This document shows, piece after piece, positions 26,156-36,550 of a stretch of DNA of 64,000 nt. The translations under genes were made by a program, and so were the position numbers. Each line of letters starts with the position of its first letter. The stretch's first letter is position 1. The stretch spans positions 32,001 through 96,000 of IMG/VR virus record IMGVR_UViG_3300021197_001743. One strand, written 5' to 3'. The stretch is from a virus. The notes under the pieces are model-generated. The model did not search any database and was not told where the DNA came from. It saw only the letters and a list, made by a program, of their open reading frames with translations.

Positions 26156-28536
26156 TGGCAGAATTTGGATGGGCATATGTTGCTGGAGCGCTGGCGGGTG
26201 GAGTCTCTGGCTCTGTTCAGACAGCTACTCCGAGAATGGCACTAACGGGTAGTGATCGTTTAGTATTTGATCATAACACTGATGTGTTAAATCTTTCCGG
26301 ATCGTTGTACGTCTCTGGTAGTATCACTGCAAACCAATATAACGTTAATGTTATTAATGAAACAGTCACAAACTTAAGTGCCTCAGGTAATACGAGATTT
26401 GGAGACACTACTGACGACAGCCATATCTTTACTGGGAGCCTGTCGATTTCATCCTCAGCTAATCCAATTCAACTCTATGGCTTACAAACGCTTCCTGCAT
26501 CAAGCTCCGCTCACTTCCTCGCTCTTGATTCCAGCAACAATGTTGTTATAACGTCTTCTTTGCCTATTGATGATTATTCGAATGCTGGAGACAACAGGAT
26601 CATAACAAGTAAACACTCCACCGGTATACAGGGAGAAAACAATTTAACATTCAATGGAACAACTTTAAACCTCGCAGGTCACCTCACAGCAAGTGGAATG
26701 GTGTCGTCGTCGTTTGGGTATTTTGATGAAATTACTGGAAGTCGTGGGAGATTCTATTCATTGTCTGTTGGGACAGCGTCAGTTAATATAACCGGCCAAG
26801 GCATCACCGGAGCTCAGCTTATTACATCTGACTTCTTGGCTGGAACTCTCAACACTAGCATTCAAAACAACATTACATCTGTCGGTCCATTAAGTCAATT
26901 AACGGTGGCCGGCAATGCTTCTTTTGATACCGATACCTTATACATTGATTCAGAGGTCAACAGAATCGGCATAGGGACACAAATCCCGACAACGCCCTTA
27001 GAAGTCTTCAACAGCAACACACAATTAAGACTAACTAATTCGAAATATGTCTTCGGCATCTCGGAGGCGAAACATACAGATCTCTTAACTAACAACCAAG
27101 GAGACCTAGTTATAACACCGTCAAGTGGTAAATTAGGCATAGGAACCGCTTCACCGACTGCTAACCTAGATGTAATAGGGGATGCGAGAATAACAGGTGA
27201 TTTGACCATCTCTGGGACACTTAAAGCACAAACAACAGATTTTGTTGTCTCAGCTGATACAATGACTCTCGGCGATGAGATAACAGATACCGTCATAATT
27301 AATGCCGGAACAATCACGGCAACCAACGGGCTCAACTTTAATTCAGGTAAATTTGTTCTTGGCTCTGACGGCAACGTTGGAATAGGAACGAGCAATGCTG
27401 GTAGCCCTTTAGAGGTTAACTCTGGGCTTGCTCAAATAGCAATTGCAGACAATCCGGCAAACGCTGTTAAGTTTAAGGCCGAGGAAAGCGGAGATTTCCG
27501 CATACTTGTTGCTGGAGATGATACGACATTAGAGTCTCACTTGACTATCTCCGGCAATTTAAATGCCGGGCTGGACAGCAATAGTGTTTCAAACATTAGT
27601 GGGACATTAAATGTTCTTACTAGGATTACTACTCCAGTGCTATCCGCTGATACTCTTACAGATGGACATGGGAGCCTATCTTCTGGTTCAATAAGTGGGT
27701 TCGATACAATCTCCGCAACCAGCATCATAGGAACCCTCACAACACCATCACAAGGCAATATAACTTCTTTGGGCACCCTTACTACTTTAAATGTCTCCGG
27801 AGACCTTGACGTTGATTCTGGCACCCTTCACGTTGACTCTGGCGCCGACCGAGTTGGTATTCGAAAAACAAATCCCCAAAGAACGCTCGAGGTTAAAGAT
27901 ACCGAGAAGCAATTACGCTTAACATATTCTGATTATGTATTCGGAATATCAGCTGACGTCAACACTGACATAGGAGTGAACTCAAGCGGATACTTGTCCA
28001 TAGTACCATCCGGAGCGAGAGTTGGGATTGCAACAGATAATCCAACTAAAACTCTGGAGGTCAATGGAGACGGACAGTTCAATGGAGATGTACATGTAAG
28101 CGGTACTCTATTTGCTGAACAAGTAAAAGTAACCCTAACAGAGGTACAAGTAGTTCACCTCTCTTCAACCGGATCTACATCATTTGGTGATACCTCGGAC
28201 GATATCCACACGTTTAAAGGTACAGTTGTGTATACCGGAGGGGTAGTTTATAATAGAAAGTCAATCTCGAGCAACTACTCCATGACCTCTGAGGACTATC
28301 TAATAGGAATTAGAGCAAATCAAAACACCACAATTACATTGCCATCGGCTTCATCTCTACTAGAGGGGCAATCATTTATAATCAAGGACGAACTAGGAAC
28401 AGCCTTAGAACAGTCTTTAATAGTACAAGCTTCTCCCGGCGATACTATTGATGGTCTCGCTAGTATTACTATTCCTAGCCCGCACACATCTTTTAATTTA
28501 TATACCGACGGATCGGGCGCTTTCTTCATTTTATAA
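26155..28536 (+). CDS. fibre-like virion protein with internal duplication
   Basis: 793 aa, S/T/G-rich; repeated GIGT..P...LEV units; duplicated FGDT.DD.H.F.G and QLRLT.S.YVFGIS blocks. Confidence 0.65.
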   Translation: MAEFGWAYVAGALAGGVSGSVQTATPRMALTGSDRLVFDHNTDVLNLSGSLYVSGSITANQYNVNVINETVTNLSASGNTRFGDTTDDSHIFTGSLSISSSANPIQLYGLQTLPASSSAHFLALDSSNNVVITSSLPIDDYSNAGDNRIITSKHSTGIQGENNLTFNGTTLNLAGHLTASGMVSSSFGYFDEITGSRGRFYSLSVGTASVNITGQGITGAQLITSDFLAGTLNTSIQNNITSVGPLSQLTVAGNASFDTDTLYIDSEVNRIGIGTQIPTTPLEVFNSNTQLRLTNSKYVFGISEAKHTDLLTNNQGDLVITPSSGKLGIGTASPTANLDVIGDARITGDLTISGTLKAQTTDFVVSADTMTLGDEITDTVIINAGTITATNGLNFNSGKFVLGSDGNVGIGTSNAGSPLEVNSGLAQIAIADNPANAVKFKAEESGDFRILVAGDDTTLESHLTISGNLNAGLDSNSVSNISGTLNVLTRITTPVLSADTLTDGHGSLSSGSISGFDTISATSIIGTLTTPSQGNITSLGTLTTLNVSGDLDVDSGTLHVDSGADRVGIRKTNPQRTLEVKDTEKQLRLTYSDYVFGISADVNTDIGVNSSGYLSIVPSGARVGIATDNPTKTLEVNGDGQFNGDVHVSGTLFAEQVKVTLTEVQVVHLSSTGSTSFGDTSDDIHTFKGTVVYTGGVVYNRKSISSNYSMTSEDYLIGIRANQNTTITLPSASSLLEGQSFIIKDELGTALEQSLIVQASPGDTIDGLASITIPSPHTSFNLYTDGSGAFFIL

Positions 28537-28747
28537 TTTGTGATTTGTCTATAGTTCCCGTGTATAGGGAAACAAAAAAAAATGCAACGTATAGAGCTTC
28601 ATTTCTAATCTTGCTGTTTTTCTTTTGCTTTTTCTGAATTTGGCCCATAGTTATGAGTGCGAATGGACTGAGGTTTCGAACCTTTGTGCTGTTCGCATGT
28701 ACACACGTACATTTAAAACATAAAATTATTTCGTGGAGGAAATATAT

Positions 28748-31612
28748 ATGTCTAAATTATTTATTGGAAAAACCAAGCTTGATTCTCAAGCAAAAGGTTT
28801 TGATATGGCGGATATGGACGGTGAGCTCAATCTTGATCCATCTAAAATTACCGCTGATAAGGTTCTTGGCGCTGGTGAGCAACCGGCTGAAAATGGCCAC
28901 AAGCTAGTTAAAGAAGGTGCTCTTGAAGATGAGAAATCTCGTGCTCTTGCTGCCGAAGCTGCTATTCAAGCAGATGTTGACCAAAATGAAGCTGATGCTG
29001 ATGCTGCAATCGCTGCACTTCAAGCTGACGTAGATCAAAATGAATCTGATGCTGATGCTGGTCTTGCTGCAGCAGGTGTTGCTCGTGCAGCAATTCAAGC
29101 AGATGTTGATCAAAATGAAGCTGATGCTGATGCTGCTATGGCTGCTGAGATTGCTCGTGCTTCTGCTGCTGAAGCTGCCATTCAAGCTGACGTAGATCAG
29201 AATGAATCTGATGCTGACGCATCTTTCGTGGCTGCTACTGCAGATCGCGCTGCTGTTCGTTCTGAATTTGCTGCTGCTGATTTGGCTGCTAAAACTGCAT
29301 ATGAAGCTGCTGACGCTGCAATCATTGCAACTGCTGACGCTCTTGCTACCACAGTAACTAACAACGCTGCTGCTGACTTGGCTGCTCGTGCAACAATTCA
29401 AGCTGATGTTGATGCAAATGAAGCTGCTGCTTTAGCTGCTCGCACTGCTATTCAATCTGATGTAGATGCTAACGAAGCTGCTGCACTTGCTGGTCGTAAT
29501 CTTCTTGGTGATGCTATCGATGCTGAAGAGACTCGTGCTCTTGCTGCTGAAGGTGCTATTCAAGCTGATGTAGATGCTAATGAAGCTGCTGCACTTGCTG
29601 GTCGTAATGCTATTCAAGCTGACGTTGACCAAAACGAAGCTGATGCTGATGCATCTTTCGCTGCTATGGATGTTGCATACAAAGCTGCTGATGCTGCAAT
29701 CATTGTAACTGCTGACGCTCTTGCTGCTACAGTATCTGCTATGGACACTGCGTACAAAGCTGCTGATACTGCTGCTGCTACAGATCGTGCTGCTGTTCGT
29801 TCTGAATTCGCTGCTGCTGACACTGCTTTGGAATTATCCTTATTGGGTGATTGTGCTGCTGATTATGACACTCTTGGTAAACTTGAAGACAAAATTCAAG
29901 TTGAAGAAGGTCGTGTTGATGCTATCTTGCTTGCTGCTGATGCAGACAAAGATTCATTCGCAGAAATCGTAACTTTGATCAACTCTGTTGACACTGAAAA
30001 CGACAATGCACTTGCTGCTGTTATTTCAGATCTTAATACTGAAATCGCTGCAACTAATGCAGACATTTCTGCTGCTGCTACAGATCGTGCTGCTGTTCGT
30101 TCTGAATTTGCTGCTGCTGATGCTGCTTTAGAATTGGCTGTTCGTAAAGGTTCTAACGGTGTTTCTTTCGCTGGTTCAATGGCTGATCTTGATGATGCTA
30201 TTATAGCTGCTGATGATGCTCGTGTTGCTGGTGATGCTGCTGAGCAAGCTCGCGCTTTAGCTGCTGAAGCTGCTATCCAAGCTGATGTAGATCAAAATGA
30301 AGCTGATGCTGACGCATCTTTCGCTGCTATGGATCTTGCATACAAAGCTGCTGACACTGCAATCATTGCAACTGCTGACGCTCTTGCTGCTTCTTTGGCT
30401 ACTGAAATCACTAATCGTGCTGCTGACGTTGACGCAGAAGAAGCTCGTGCTTTAGCTGCTGAAGCTGCTATTCAAGCTGATGTAGATCAAAATGAATCTG
30501 ATGCTGATGCATCTTTCGCTGCTGCTGGTGTTGCTCGTGCAGCAATTCAATCAGATGTTGATGCTAACGAAGCTGCTGCTTTGGCTGGCCGTATTGCTAT
30601 TCAAGCAGACGTTGATGCAAATGAAGCTGCTGCTTTAGCTGCTCGCACTGCTATCCAAGCAGACGTTGATCAAAATGAAGCTGATGCTGATGCATCTTTC
30701 ACAGCTGCTGGTGTTGCTCGTGCAGCAATTCAAGCAGACGTTGATGCAAATGAAGCTGCTGCTTTAGCTGCTCGTAATCTTCTTGGTGATGCTCTAGATG
30801 CAGAAGAGACTCGTGCTCTTGCAGCTGAAGCTGCTATCCAAGCAGACGTTGATCAAAATGAAGCTGATGCTGACGCATCTTTCGCTGCTATGGATCTTGC
30901 ATACAAAGCTGCTGACACTGCAATCATTGCAACTGCTGATGCTCTTGCTGCTTCTTTAGCTACTGAGATCACTAATCGTGTTGCTGATGTTGATGCTGAA
31001 GAAGCTCGCGCTCTTGCTGCTGAAGCTGTGATTCAAGCTGATGTAAATGGTAAAGATGCTGCTCAAACTGCTGCTCTTGCTGCAGAAGCTACTACTGCTC
31101 GTGCTGCTGAAGTTGCTAACGCTGCTGCTGCTGCGGCTGCTCAAGCTACTGCTGACGCAATCGTTGCTGGTTCTGGTGTATCTCTAGATACTCTTATCGA
31201 GATCGTTGCTGCTTATGAATTGGCTGATACTTCAATCACTTCTTCTATCACTGCTCTTCAAGCTGATGTAGATGCAAACGAATTGGCTTCTGATAATGCT
31301 GAAACTGCTCTTGCAGCTAGCATTGATGATCTTGAAGCTGGTATGTTGCAATTTGCTTACTTGACTGAAGCTGATCACGCATCTACTCTTGCTAAGCCAT
31401 ATGTTGTTATCAACTCTGGTCTAGCAGGTAGAATGTATGTTCTTGCTGGTACAGCGGAAATGATGCAAAATGTTAAGAATGCTTCTGCTCTTTCTATCGA
31501 TATCGATGCTCCAGCTGGTTGTACATTCGAAAACGGTTCTGCTGTTCTTACAATGCACGAAGGTACTTCTGCAATGTTCGTTCTTTACGGTTCAACTGTT
31601 TATGTATACTAA
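28748..31612 (+). CDS. long Ala/Asp-rich repetitive coiled-coil fibre protein
   Basis: ATG 28748 after GGAGG; many AIQ(A/S)DVD(Q/A)NE(A/S) and RALAAE repeats; strong GCT/GAT codon bias. Confidence 0.75.
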   Translation: MSKLFIGKTKLDSQAKGFDMADMDGELNLDPSKITADKVLGAGEQPAENGHKLVKEGALEDEKSRALAAEAAIQADVDQNEADADAAIAALQADVDQNESDADAGLAAAGVARAAIQADVDQNEADADAAMAAEIARASAAEAAIQADVDQNESDADASFVAATADRAAVRSEFAAADLAAKTAYEAADAAIIATADALATTVTNNAAADLAARATIQADVDANEAAALAARTAIQSDVDANEAAALAGRNLLGDAIDAEETRALAAEGAIQADVDANEAAALAGRNAIQADVDQNEADADASFAAMDVAYKAADAAIIVTADALAATVSAMDTAYKAADTAAATDRAAVRSEFAAADTALELSLLGDCAADYDTLGKLEDKIQVEEGRVDAILLAADADKDSFAEIVTLINSVDTENDNALAAVISDLNTEIAATNADISAAATDRAAVRSEFAAADAALELAVRKGSNGVSFAGSMADLDDAIIAADDARVAGDAAEQARALAAEAAIQADVDQNEADADASFAAMDLAYKAADTAIIATADALAASLATEITNRAADVDAEEARALAAEAAIQADVDQNESDADASFAAAGVARAAIQSDVDANEAAALAGRIAIQADVDANEAAALAARTAIQADVDQNEADADASFTAAGVARAAIQADVDANEAAALAARNLLGDALDAEETRALAAEAAIQADVDQNEADADASFAAMDLAYKAADTAIIATADALAASLATEITNRVADVDAEEARALAAEAVIQADVNGKDAAQTAALAAEATTARAAEVANAAAAAAAQATADAIVAGSGVSLDTLIEIVAAYELADTSITSSITALQADVDANELASDNAETALAASIDDLEAGMLQFAYLTEADHASTLAKPYVVINSGLAGRMYVLAGTAEMMQNVKNASALSIDIDAPAGCTFENGSAVLTMHEGTSAMFVLYGSTVYVY

Positions 31613-31653
31613 TCACTAGTTGATTTTTATATCAGTATTCACAATACTATTCT

Positions 31654-31688
31654 TGGCCTCGGGGTTTTCCCCGAGGTCATTTTTATTT
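31654..31688 (+). terminator. intrinsic terminator
   Basis: TGGCCTCGGGG-TTTT-CCCCGAGGTCA followed by TTTTTATTT. Confidence 0.85.
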
Positions 31689-31787
31689 AATGCCTCTAGT
31701 GAAGAGCACTATTCAAAATTGGATTTTACCTTTTCTTAATAAGAGCACTATTTATAAAGAATAAAAGTATTTCTAGGAGATGAATGA

Positions 31788-32990
31788 ATGTCGAGCATGT
31801 TAGAACAAGCCATCATCGATGCAGCCGCATTACGAGAGGCAGCATTAAAGAACGCCGAACAATCGCTAATTGAAAAATATGCGCCACAAATCAAAGAGGC
31901 TGTTGAGGCCATGCTCGAAAATGAAGAATCTCCTCGGATGAAATACGAAGGAAGATTAGTCAGTGTTGTTCACGAGGCAGATGATCAAGGCAACGTTACA
32001 GTATCAGAAGCAGATGGAAAAGCTTTTGTCGTTAACGAAGCAGACCTCTCAGAGGCCACAGCAGATGATATATTACAAGAAGAAGAGCTAGCTATGGATA
32101 TGGGTGCTGCCGATGCTGGAATGTCTCCTGAGGGCAATATTGAAGCTCCATTCGCTGGTAATCCAACTATGCCAGAGGATCAAACTGTTGAACTATCAGT
32201 AGACGTTGAGAAAATGGAAAATGATATCACCATCGACCTCAAGCAATTAGAAAAAGAACTAGAAGGTATTGACATGCCAGAAGACAATATGTTCTCCATA
32301 GGCGATGATGTTGCTCCAGAAGTTGAAGCTGAAGAAACAAGTGCAGATGATCTACTAGCTGGAGATACTGAAGCTCCTGCAGAGGAAGAGGAAGACCTGC
32401 AACTTCAAGAACTACTAAACATGCTCGAAGAAAGCGGAATCATTGAAGAAGAATTGGAGGTCGATATGTCAGAACAAAAGGACGGGACCTTCCGTACAGA
32501 TGAGGGAACGCTAGAGTATTATAGTGATATGCAGGAAGCTGCAGACGAACACAATTCCGAGGAAGATGAAGAGGAAGATGAAAAATCTGTTCAACTTCAG
32601 GAAACAATCGATTTAATTAAGGCTCAAAATGAAAAACTTGAGTCTGTCGTTCATAAACTGAATGACAAATTAGAAGAGACTTTGCTTTCAAACGCAAAGC
32701 TTCTCTATCAAAACCGCACATTGGCAGATGCCTCCTTGAATGAGCGACAAAAGTCAAAAATTGTCGAAGCCATCTCTAAAGCGGAGTCTCCGAAAGAGGC
32801 CAAACAACTTCACGAAACACTAACAACGACAGTGGGATCTCAAACTAAAAGAGGTCCACAATCACTGAGCGAATCTGTTAACAATCGATCGAATTTGTCT
32901 GGAATTATCAATCGTAGACAAAACTTAAACGAAAGCAAGACTGATGGATCTTTTATTGATAAGATGCAGAAGCTTGCAGGCATTAAATAA
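31788..32990 (+). CDS. prohead core/scaffold protein (gp22-like)
   Basis: Very acidic, coiled-coil C-terminus ending MQKLAGIK, immediately upstream of MCP; many LxE sites. Confidence 0.75.
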   Translation: MSSMLEQAIIDAAALREAALKNAEQSLIEKYAPQIKEAVEAMLENEESPRMKYEGRLVSVVHEADDQGNVTVSEADGKAFVVNEADLSEATADDILQEEELAMDMGAADAGMSPEGNIEAPFAGNPTMPEDQTVELSVDVEKMENDITIDLKQLEKELEGIDMPEDNMFSIGDDVAPEVEAEETSADDLLAGDTEAPAEEEEDLQLQELLNMLEESGIIEEELEVDMSEQKDGTFRTDEGTLEYYSDMQEAADEHNSEEDEEEDEKSVQLQETIDLIKAQNEKLESVVHKLNDKLEETLLSNAKLLYQNRTLADASLNERQKSKIVEAISKAESPKEAKQLHETLTTTVGSQTKRGPQSLSESVNNRSNLSGIINRRQNLNESKTDGSFIDKMQKLAGIK

Positions 32991-33013
32991 CAATATATAA
33001 GGAGGTTAATCTA

Positions 33014-34717
33014 ATGTCTATTATAGAAAAATTAACCGAAGGTATTGTAAACCGTGACTTGGCTCAAGAAGGCGCTGCTCTTCTTAACAAATGGTCTCAA
33101 ACCGGTTTACTTGAAGGCCTTCAAAATGATACTGACAAGTCTAACATGGCTCGTCTTCTTGAAAATCAAGCAAAAGAACTTCTTCGTGAGTCTAGCTCTA
33201 TGGCTGGTCAATCTATTGAAGGTTTCGCTGCTGTTGCTTTTCCAATTGTTCGTCGTGTATTCGCCGGACTGATCGCTAACGATCTTGTTAGTGTTCAACC
33301 AATGTCTCTTCCAAGTGGTCTTATCTTCTTCTTGGATTTCTCTTACAATTCAAGCCGTCTTGGAAACACCGCTGGTGAATCTATTTATGGTGGTGGACAA
33401 TTGGCTAAGGGAATTGCTGATGGTGTAAGTTTGGCTGGAGCAAATGCTGAAACTAGTGCATACGCTCTTAACAATGGCTATGCTTCTCCAACCGGTTCTA
33501 TCACAATCACTACTACTATTGTAGCTTCTGGTTCGGTAACTGACGGTGGTGTTCCAGTATTTGATGGTGGGGCTAACTCAGACATCAGACTTCTTCGTTT
33601 CGACGCTGACCTAGTTAGCGGTTCTGCCTTCGCAGTAGCTTCTGTTCCTCTTACTGAGATTGAAGCTACAGCTGGTCAATTCAACGAAGATGATTATGTT
33701 GCTATCCTACTGACCGGAAATGCTGATGGACGTCAAGTTCGTCGTCTTACACGAGTTGATGAAAATGATGCTACACAACTTCTAATCATCGTTAACGCTT
33801 CTGGTTCAGAAACTTCCGACACATTGTCTTCTTCTTTAGACGCCGTTGTTGCTTGTACTGCTCCTATCAAAGACAACTTGGAAACTGGTGGTGCTCTCGG
33901 TTCTGTAATCGGTAATGCTACTTGGGGACTTGAAAACGAAGCTAACATTCCTGAAATCGACATCAAAGTTGATTCTATTGCAATTACAGCTGTAACCAAG
34001 AAGTTGAAAGCAAAGTGGACTCCTGAATTGGGACAAGACTTGAATGCTTACCACAACTTGGATGCTGAAGTTGAATTAACTTCTATCTTGTCTGAGCAAA
34101 TCGCTCTTGAAATCGACCGTGAAATCATGGAAGATCTCGTTAAGGGTGGAACTGCTTCGACTTATTACTGGTCTCGTTCTCCCGGAATGTTCTTGAACCG
34201 CGAAACTGGTGCTGAAGTTGGTGCTCAAGCTTCTGCTCCTGACTTCACCGGTACTGTTTCTGAATGGTATGAGACTTTGATTGAAACTATCAATGATGTT
34301 TCAGCTCAAATTCACAGAAAGACACTTCGTGGCGGAGCTAACTTTGTTGTTGTTTCTCCTGAAGTTGCTAACATTCTTGAATTCACTGCTGGATTCCGTG
34401 CTAATGTTACTGCTGATGCAGACAAAGGCGATATCGGGGCAGTTAAGGTTGGTTCTTTGAACCGTAAGTTCGACGTTATTGTTGACCCTTACTTCCCACG
34501 TAATGCTGTTCTTGTTGGACGTAAAGGAAGTTCTTTCCTTGAGTCTGGATACGTATATGCTCCGTATGTACCTCTCCAAACTACTCCAACTATCTTCGGG
34601 CCTGAAGACTTCGTTCCTCGTAAAGGGGTAATGACTCGTTATGCTAAGAAGATGGTTCGTCCTGACATGTACGGTCTTGTTATCGTTCGTGGACTTCTTG
34701 GTGAGTCTGGATCCTAA
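33014..34717 (+). CDS. major capsid protein (T4 gp23-like)
   Basis: LLENQ, VSVQPMSLPSGLIFFLD, KLKAKWTPELGQDL.AYH.LDAE.EL, YAPYVPL, GVMTRY. Confidence 0.95.
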   Translation: MSIIEKLTEGIVNRDLAQEGAALLNKWSQTGLLEGLQNDTDKSNMARLLENQAKELLRESSSMAGQSIEGFAAVAFPIVRRVFAGLIANDLVSVQPMSLPSGLIFFLDFSYNSSRLGNTAGESIYGGGQLAKGIADGVSLAGANAETSAYALNNGYASPTGSITITTTIVASGSVTDGGVPVFDGGANSDIRLLRFDADLVSGSAFAVASVPLTEIEATAGQFNEDDYVAILLTGNADGRQVRRLTRVDENDATQLLIIVNASGSETSDTLSSSLDAVVACTAPIKDNLETGGALGSVIGNATWGLENEANIPEIDIKVDSIAITAVTKKLKAKWTPELGQDLNAYHNLDAEVELTSILSEQIALEIDREIMEDLVKGGTASTYYWSRSPGMFLNRETGAEVGAQASAPDFTGTVSEWYETLIETINDVSAQIHRKTLRGGANFVVVSPEVANILEFTAGFRANVTADADKGDIGAVKVGSLNRKFDVIVDPYFPRNAVLVGRKGSSFLESGYVYAPYVPLQTTPTIFGPEDFVPRKGVMTRYAKKMVRPDMYGLVIVRGLLGESGS

Positions 34718-34743
34718 TCTATAATTGATTAGTCCAAAAAGAT

Positions 34744-34780
34744 GCCCTCCGTTCCGCAAGGTTCGGGGGGTTTTTCTTTT
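34744..34780 (+). terminator. intrinsic terminator after MCP
   Basis: GCCCTCCG..CC-GCAA-GG..CGGGGGGT followed by a T-tract. Confidence 0.75.
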
Positions 34781-34886
34781 ATTTCAAAACTTTTTATAAA
34801 GAACATTGGTCTCTCCTCAGCTCTACAAAAGCTTGTGGGGAGATTTCTTTATTTAGATACTATTTAATAAAGTCTAGGAGATAATC

Positions 34887-35210
34887 ATGGGTAGAAAAAA
34901 GAAAAGAATTAAACTGGCTCTCAAGAGAGAAATGAGAAGCGCAGCAGCCAACGCGGTATTGCACCAAGAAAATTCTGTTGTCCAAGAAATTATGAAAGAG
35001 CAGATTGCTGAAGAAGTAATGAAAGAGCAGATTGCTGAAGAAGTAAAGGAAGAACAGATTGCCGAGGTTGCAATAGAAGAAGCTCCGGAACAAGCAAAAG
35101 AAGAAAGTGCCACTGTTGCGAAAAAGTATGTTGCGAAAAAACCTGCTGGGAAGAAGACTGCTCGAAAGAAAAACAATCCGAGACGCAAGAAAAATAACTC
35201 CTCCAAATAA
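34887..35210 (+). CDS. small protein with basic termini and EQIAEEV repeats
   Basis: AGGAG SD; CTATTTA at 34860; tandem 27-bp repeat encoding MKEQIAEEV; Lys-rich C-terminus. Confidence 0.6.
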   Translation: MGRKKKRIKLALKREMRSAAANAVLHQENSVVQEIMKEQIAEEVMKEQIAEEVKEEQIAEVAIEEAPEQAKEESATVAKKYVAKKPAGKKTARKKNNPRRKKNNSSK

Positions 35211-35227
35211 TAGTACTATACAACTGC

Positions 35228-35262
35228 AAACCTCCGTCCTCTAAAGTTCGGAGGTTTCTGTT
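35228..35262 (+). terminator. hairpin/putative terminator
   Basis: AAACCTCCG...CGGAGGTTT inverted repeat after the stop at 35210. Confidence 0.55.
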
Positions 35263-35298
35263 AGTTCGAACTATTTACGTTTAGCGGAGGATTAATAC

Positions 35299-36546
35299 AT
35301 GAGTTTCCCAAGTTTAACACCAACGTCGACTGTGTCGGCAATAACTCTACCAGCCACTGGTACTGTTAGTAGCGTTGCTCCATCGTTGGCAATTGGATTT
35401 TATAGTGGAAGTGCTAGCTTTCTAAGTGGTGCGTCTGCTCAGGTTGCCTATACATACAAGAGGCTCGGCGGCGACGTTCTGGATATTGAAATAAAAGCAG
35501 AAAACGTTTATAATCATTACGAGGAAGCTGTATTAGAATACTCCTACATTGTGAACCTTCACCAAGCAAGAAACGCACTAGGAAGTGCTCTCGGTGGAGA
35601 AACAGGATCCTTTGATCACCAAGGAAACGTGTCAGGTACCGATGACAAGGCTCTAAAGTATCCCAAATTCCTATTTGATTATGCTTTTAGAGTGGCTGAT
35701 AAGTTTTCATCTGAGGCCATGGTTGGAGGAACAACTCCTTTATATTCCGCTTCTTTTGATAGAGTAGCCATGCAGCAAGACTATGATTTACAACAGATCG
35801 TTAGTGCCTCTGCAGCCTCAGGTTCTGTTCCTTATGCTGATTTCGTTGGGAACAAAAGAATTAAAATCCGTCAAGTTTATTACGTAACTCCTCGTCAAAT
35901 GTGGAGGTTCTATGGATATTATGGTGGACTTAATGTTACCGGTGATATGCACAACTATGGACAGTATGCAGATGATTCATCATTTCAAGTGATACCTGTG
36001 TGGCAAAATAAGATACAAGCTATACAATACGAAGATCACCTGTACACAAGAACATCCCACTATAGCTATGAAATAAATGACAATAAGCTTCGGATATATC
36101 CAACGCCCGATGAAGTGTCTCCAACAAAATTCTGGTTTAGATTTGATGTTGAGGACAATGATGCATACGCAACCGGCTCGTATGATAATGGTATCGATGG
36201 AATTAACAACATTAACACGCTACCGTTTGAGAATATAGCGTTCAATAAAATTAATTCTATGGGGCAACAATGGATCAGAAGGTTCGCCCTAGCATTATCA
36301 AAAGAAACCCTTGGGCAAGTACGTGGGAAGTTCGGCAACACCGTTCCAATCCCCGGAGATAGCGTTTCGCTCAATGCCTCTGACTTATTAAGTCAAGCAG
36401 CAACCGAGCAGGCTACCTTGAGAGAAGAGCTCAACAAACAATTGGATGAAACACTTTACGCTAAGTTAGCGGAGACTGACAAGGCCTTTATCGACAACAC
36501 TGACGCTATTGTTGCCAAGGCTCCACTTAAGATATACGTGGGATAA
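35299..36546 (+). CDS. neck protein (gp13-like head-tail adaptor)
   Basis: Position after MCP; RLGG.VLDIE and WIRRFALALSKETLGQVRGKF..PIPG..V.LN. Confidence 0.75.
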   Translation: MSFPSLTPTSTVSAITLPATGTVSSVAPSLAIGFYSGSASFLSGASAQVAYTYKRLGGDVLDIEIKAENVYNHYEEAVLEYSYIVNLHQARNALGSALGGETGSFDHQGNVSGTDDKALKYPKFLFDYAFRVADKFSSEAMVGGTTPLYSASFDRVAMQQDYDLQQIVSASAASGSVPYADFVGNKRIKIRQVYYVTPRQMWRFYGYYGGLNVTGDMHNYGQYADDSSFQVIPVWQNKIQAIQYEDHLYTRTSHYSYEINDNKLRIYPTPDEVSPTKFWFRFDVEDNDAYATGSYDNGIDGINNINTLPFENIAFNKINSMGQQWIRRFALALSKETLGQVRGKFGNTVPIPGDSVSLNASDLLSQAATEQATLREELNKQLDETLYAKLAETDKAFIDNTDAIVAKAPLKIYVG

Positions 36547-36550
36547 ATAG

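Noticed and set aside
28940-31040. Repeats as a possible CRISPR array or DGR template/variable pair
   Set aside because: Repeats are in-frame coding modules without unique spacers; no cas or reverse transcriptase gene, and no A-specific mismatch pattern noticed
28904-31144. Ser-rich minus-strand ORFs over the Ala-rich gene
   Set aside because: Shadow ORFs produced by GCT/GAT codon repetition on the + strand; no SD or independent signal
34860-35229. Minus-strand ORFs opposite the basic repeat protein
   Set aside because: The + strand ORF has an SD, a late motif and the same orientation as all neighbours; the antisense frames are by-products
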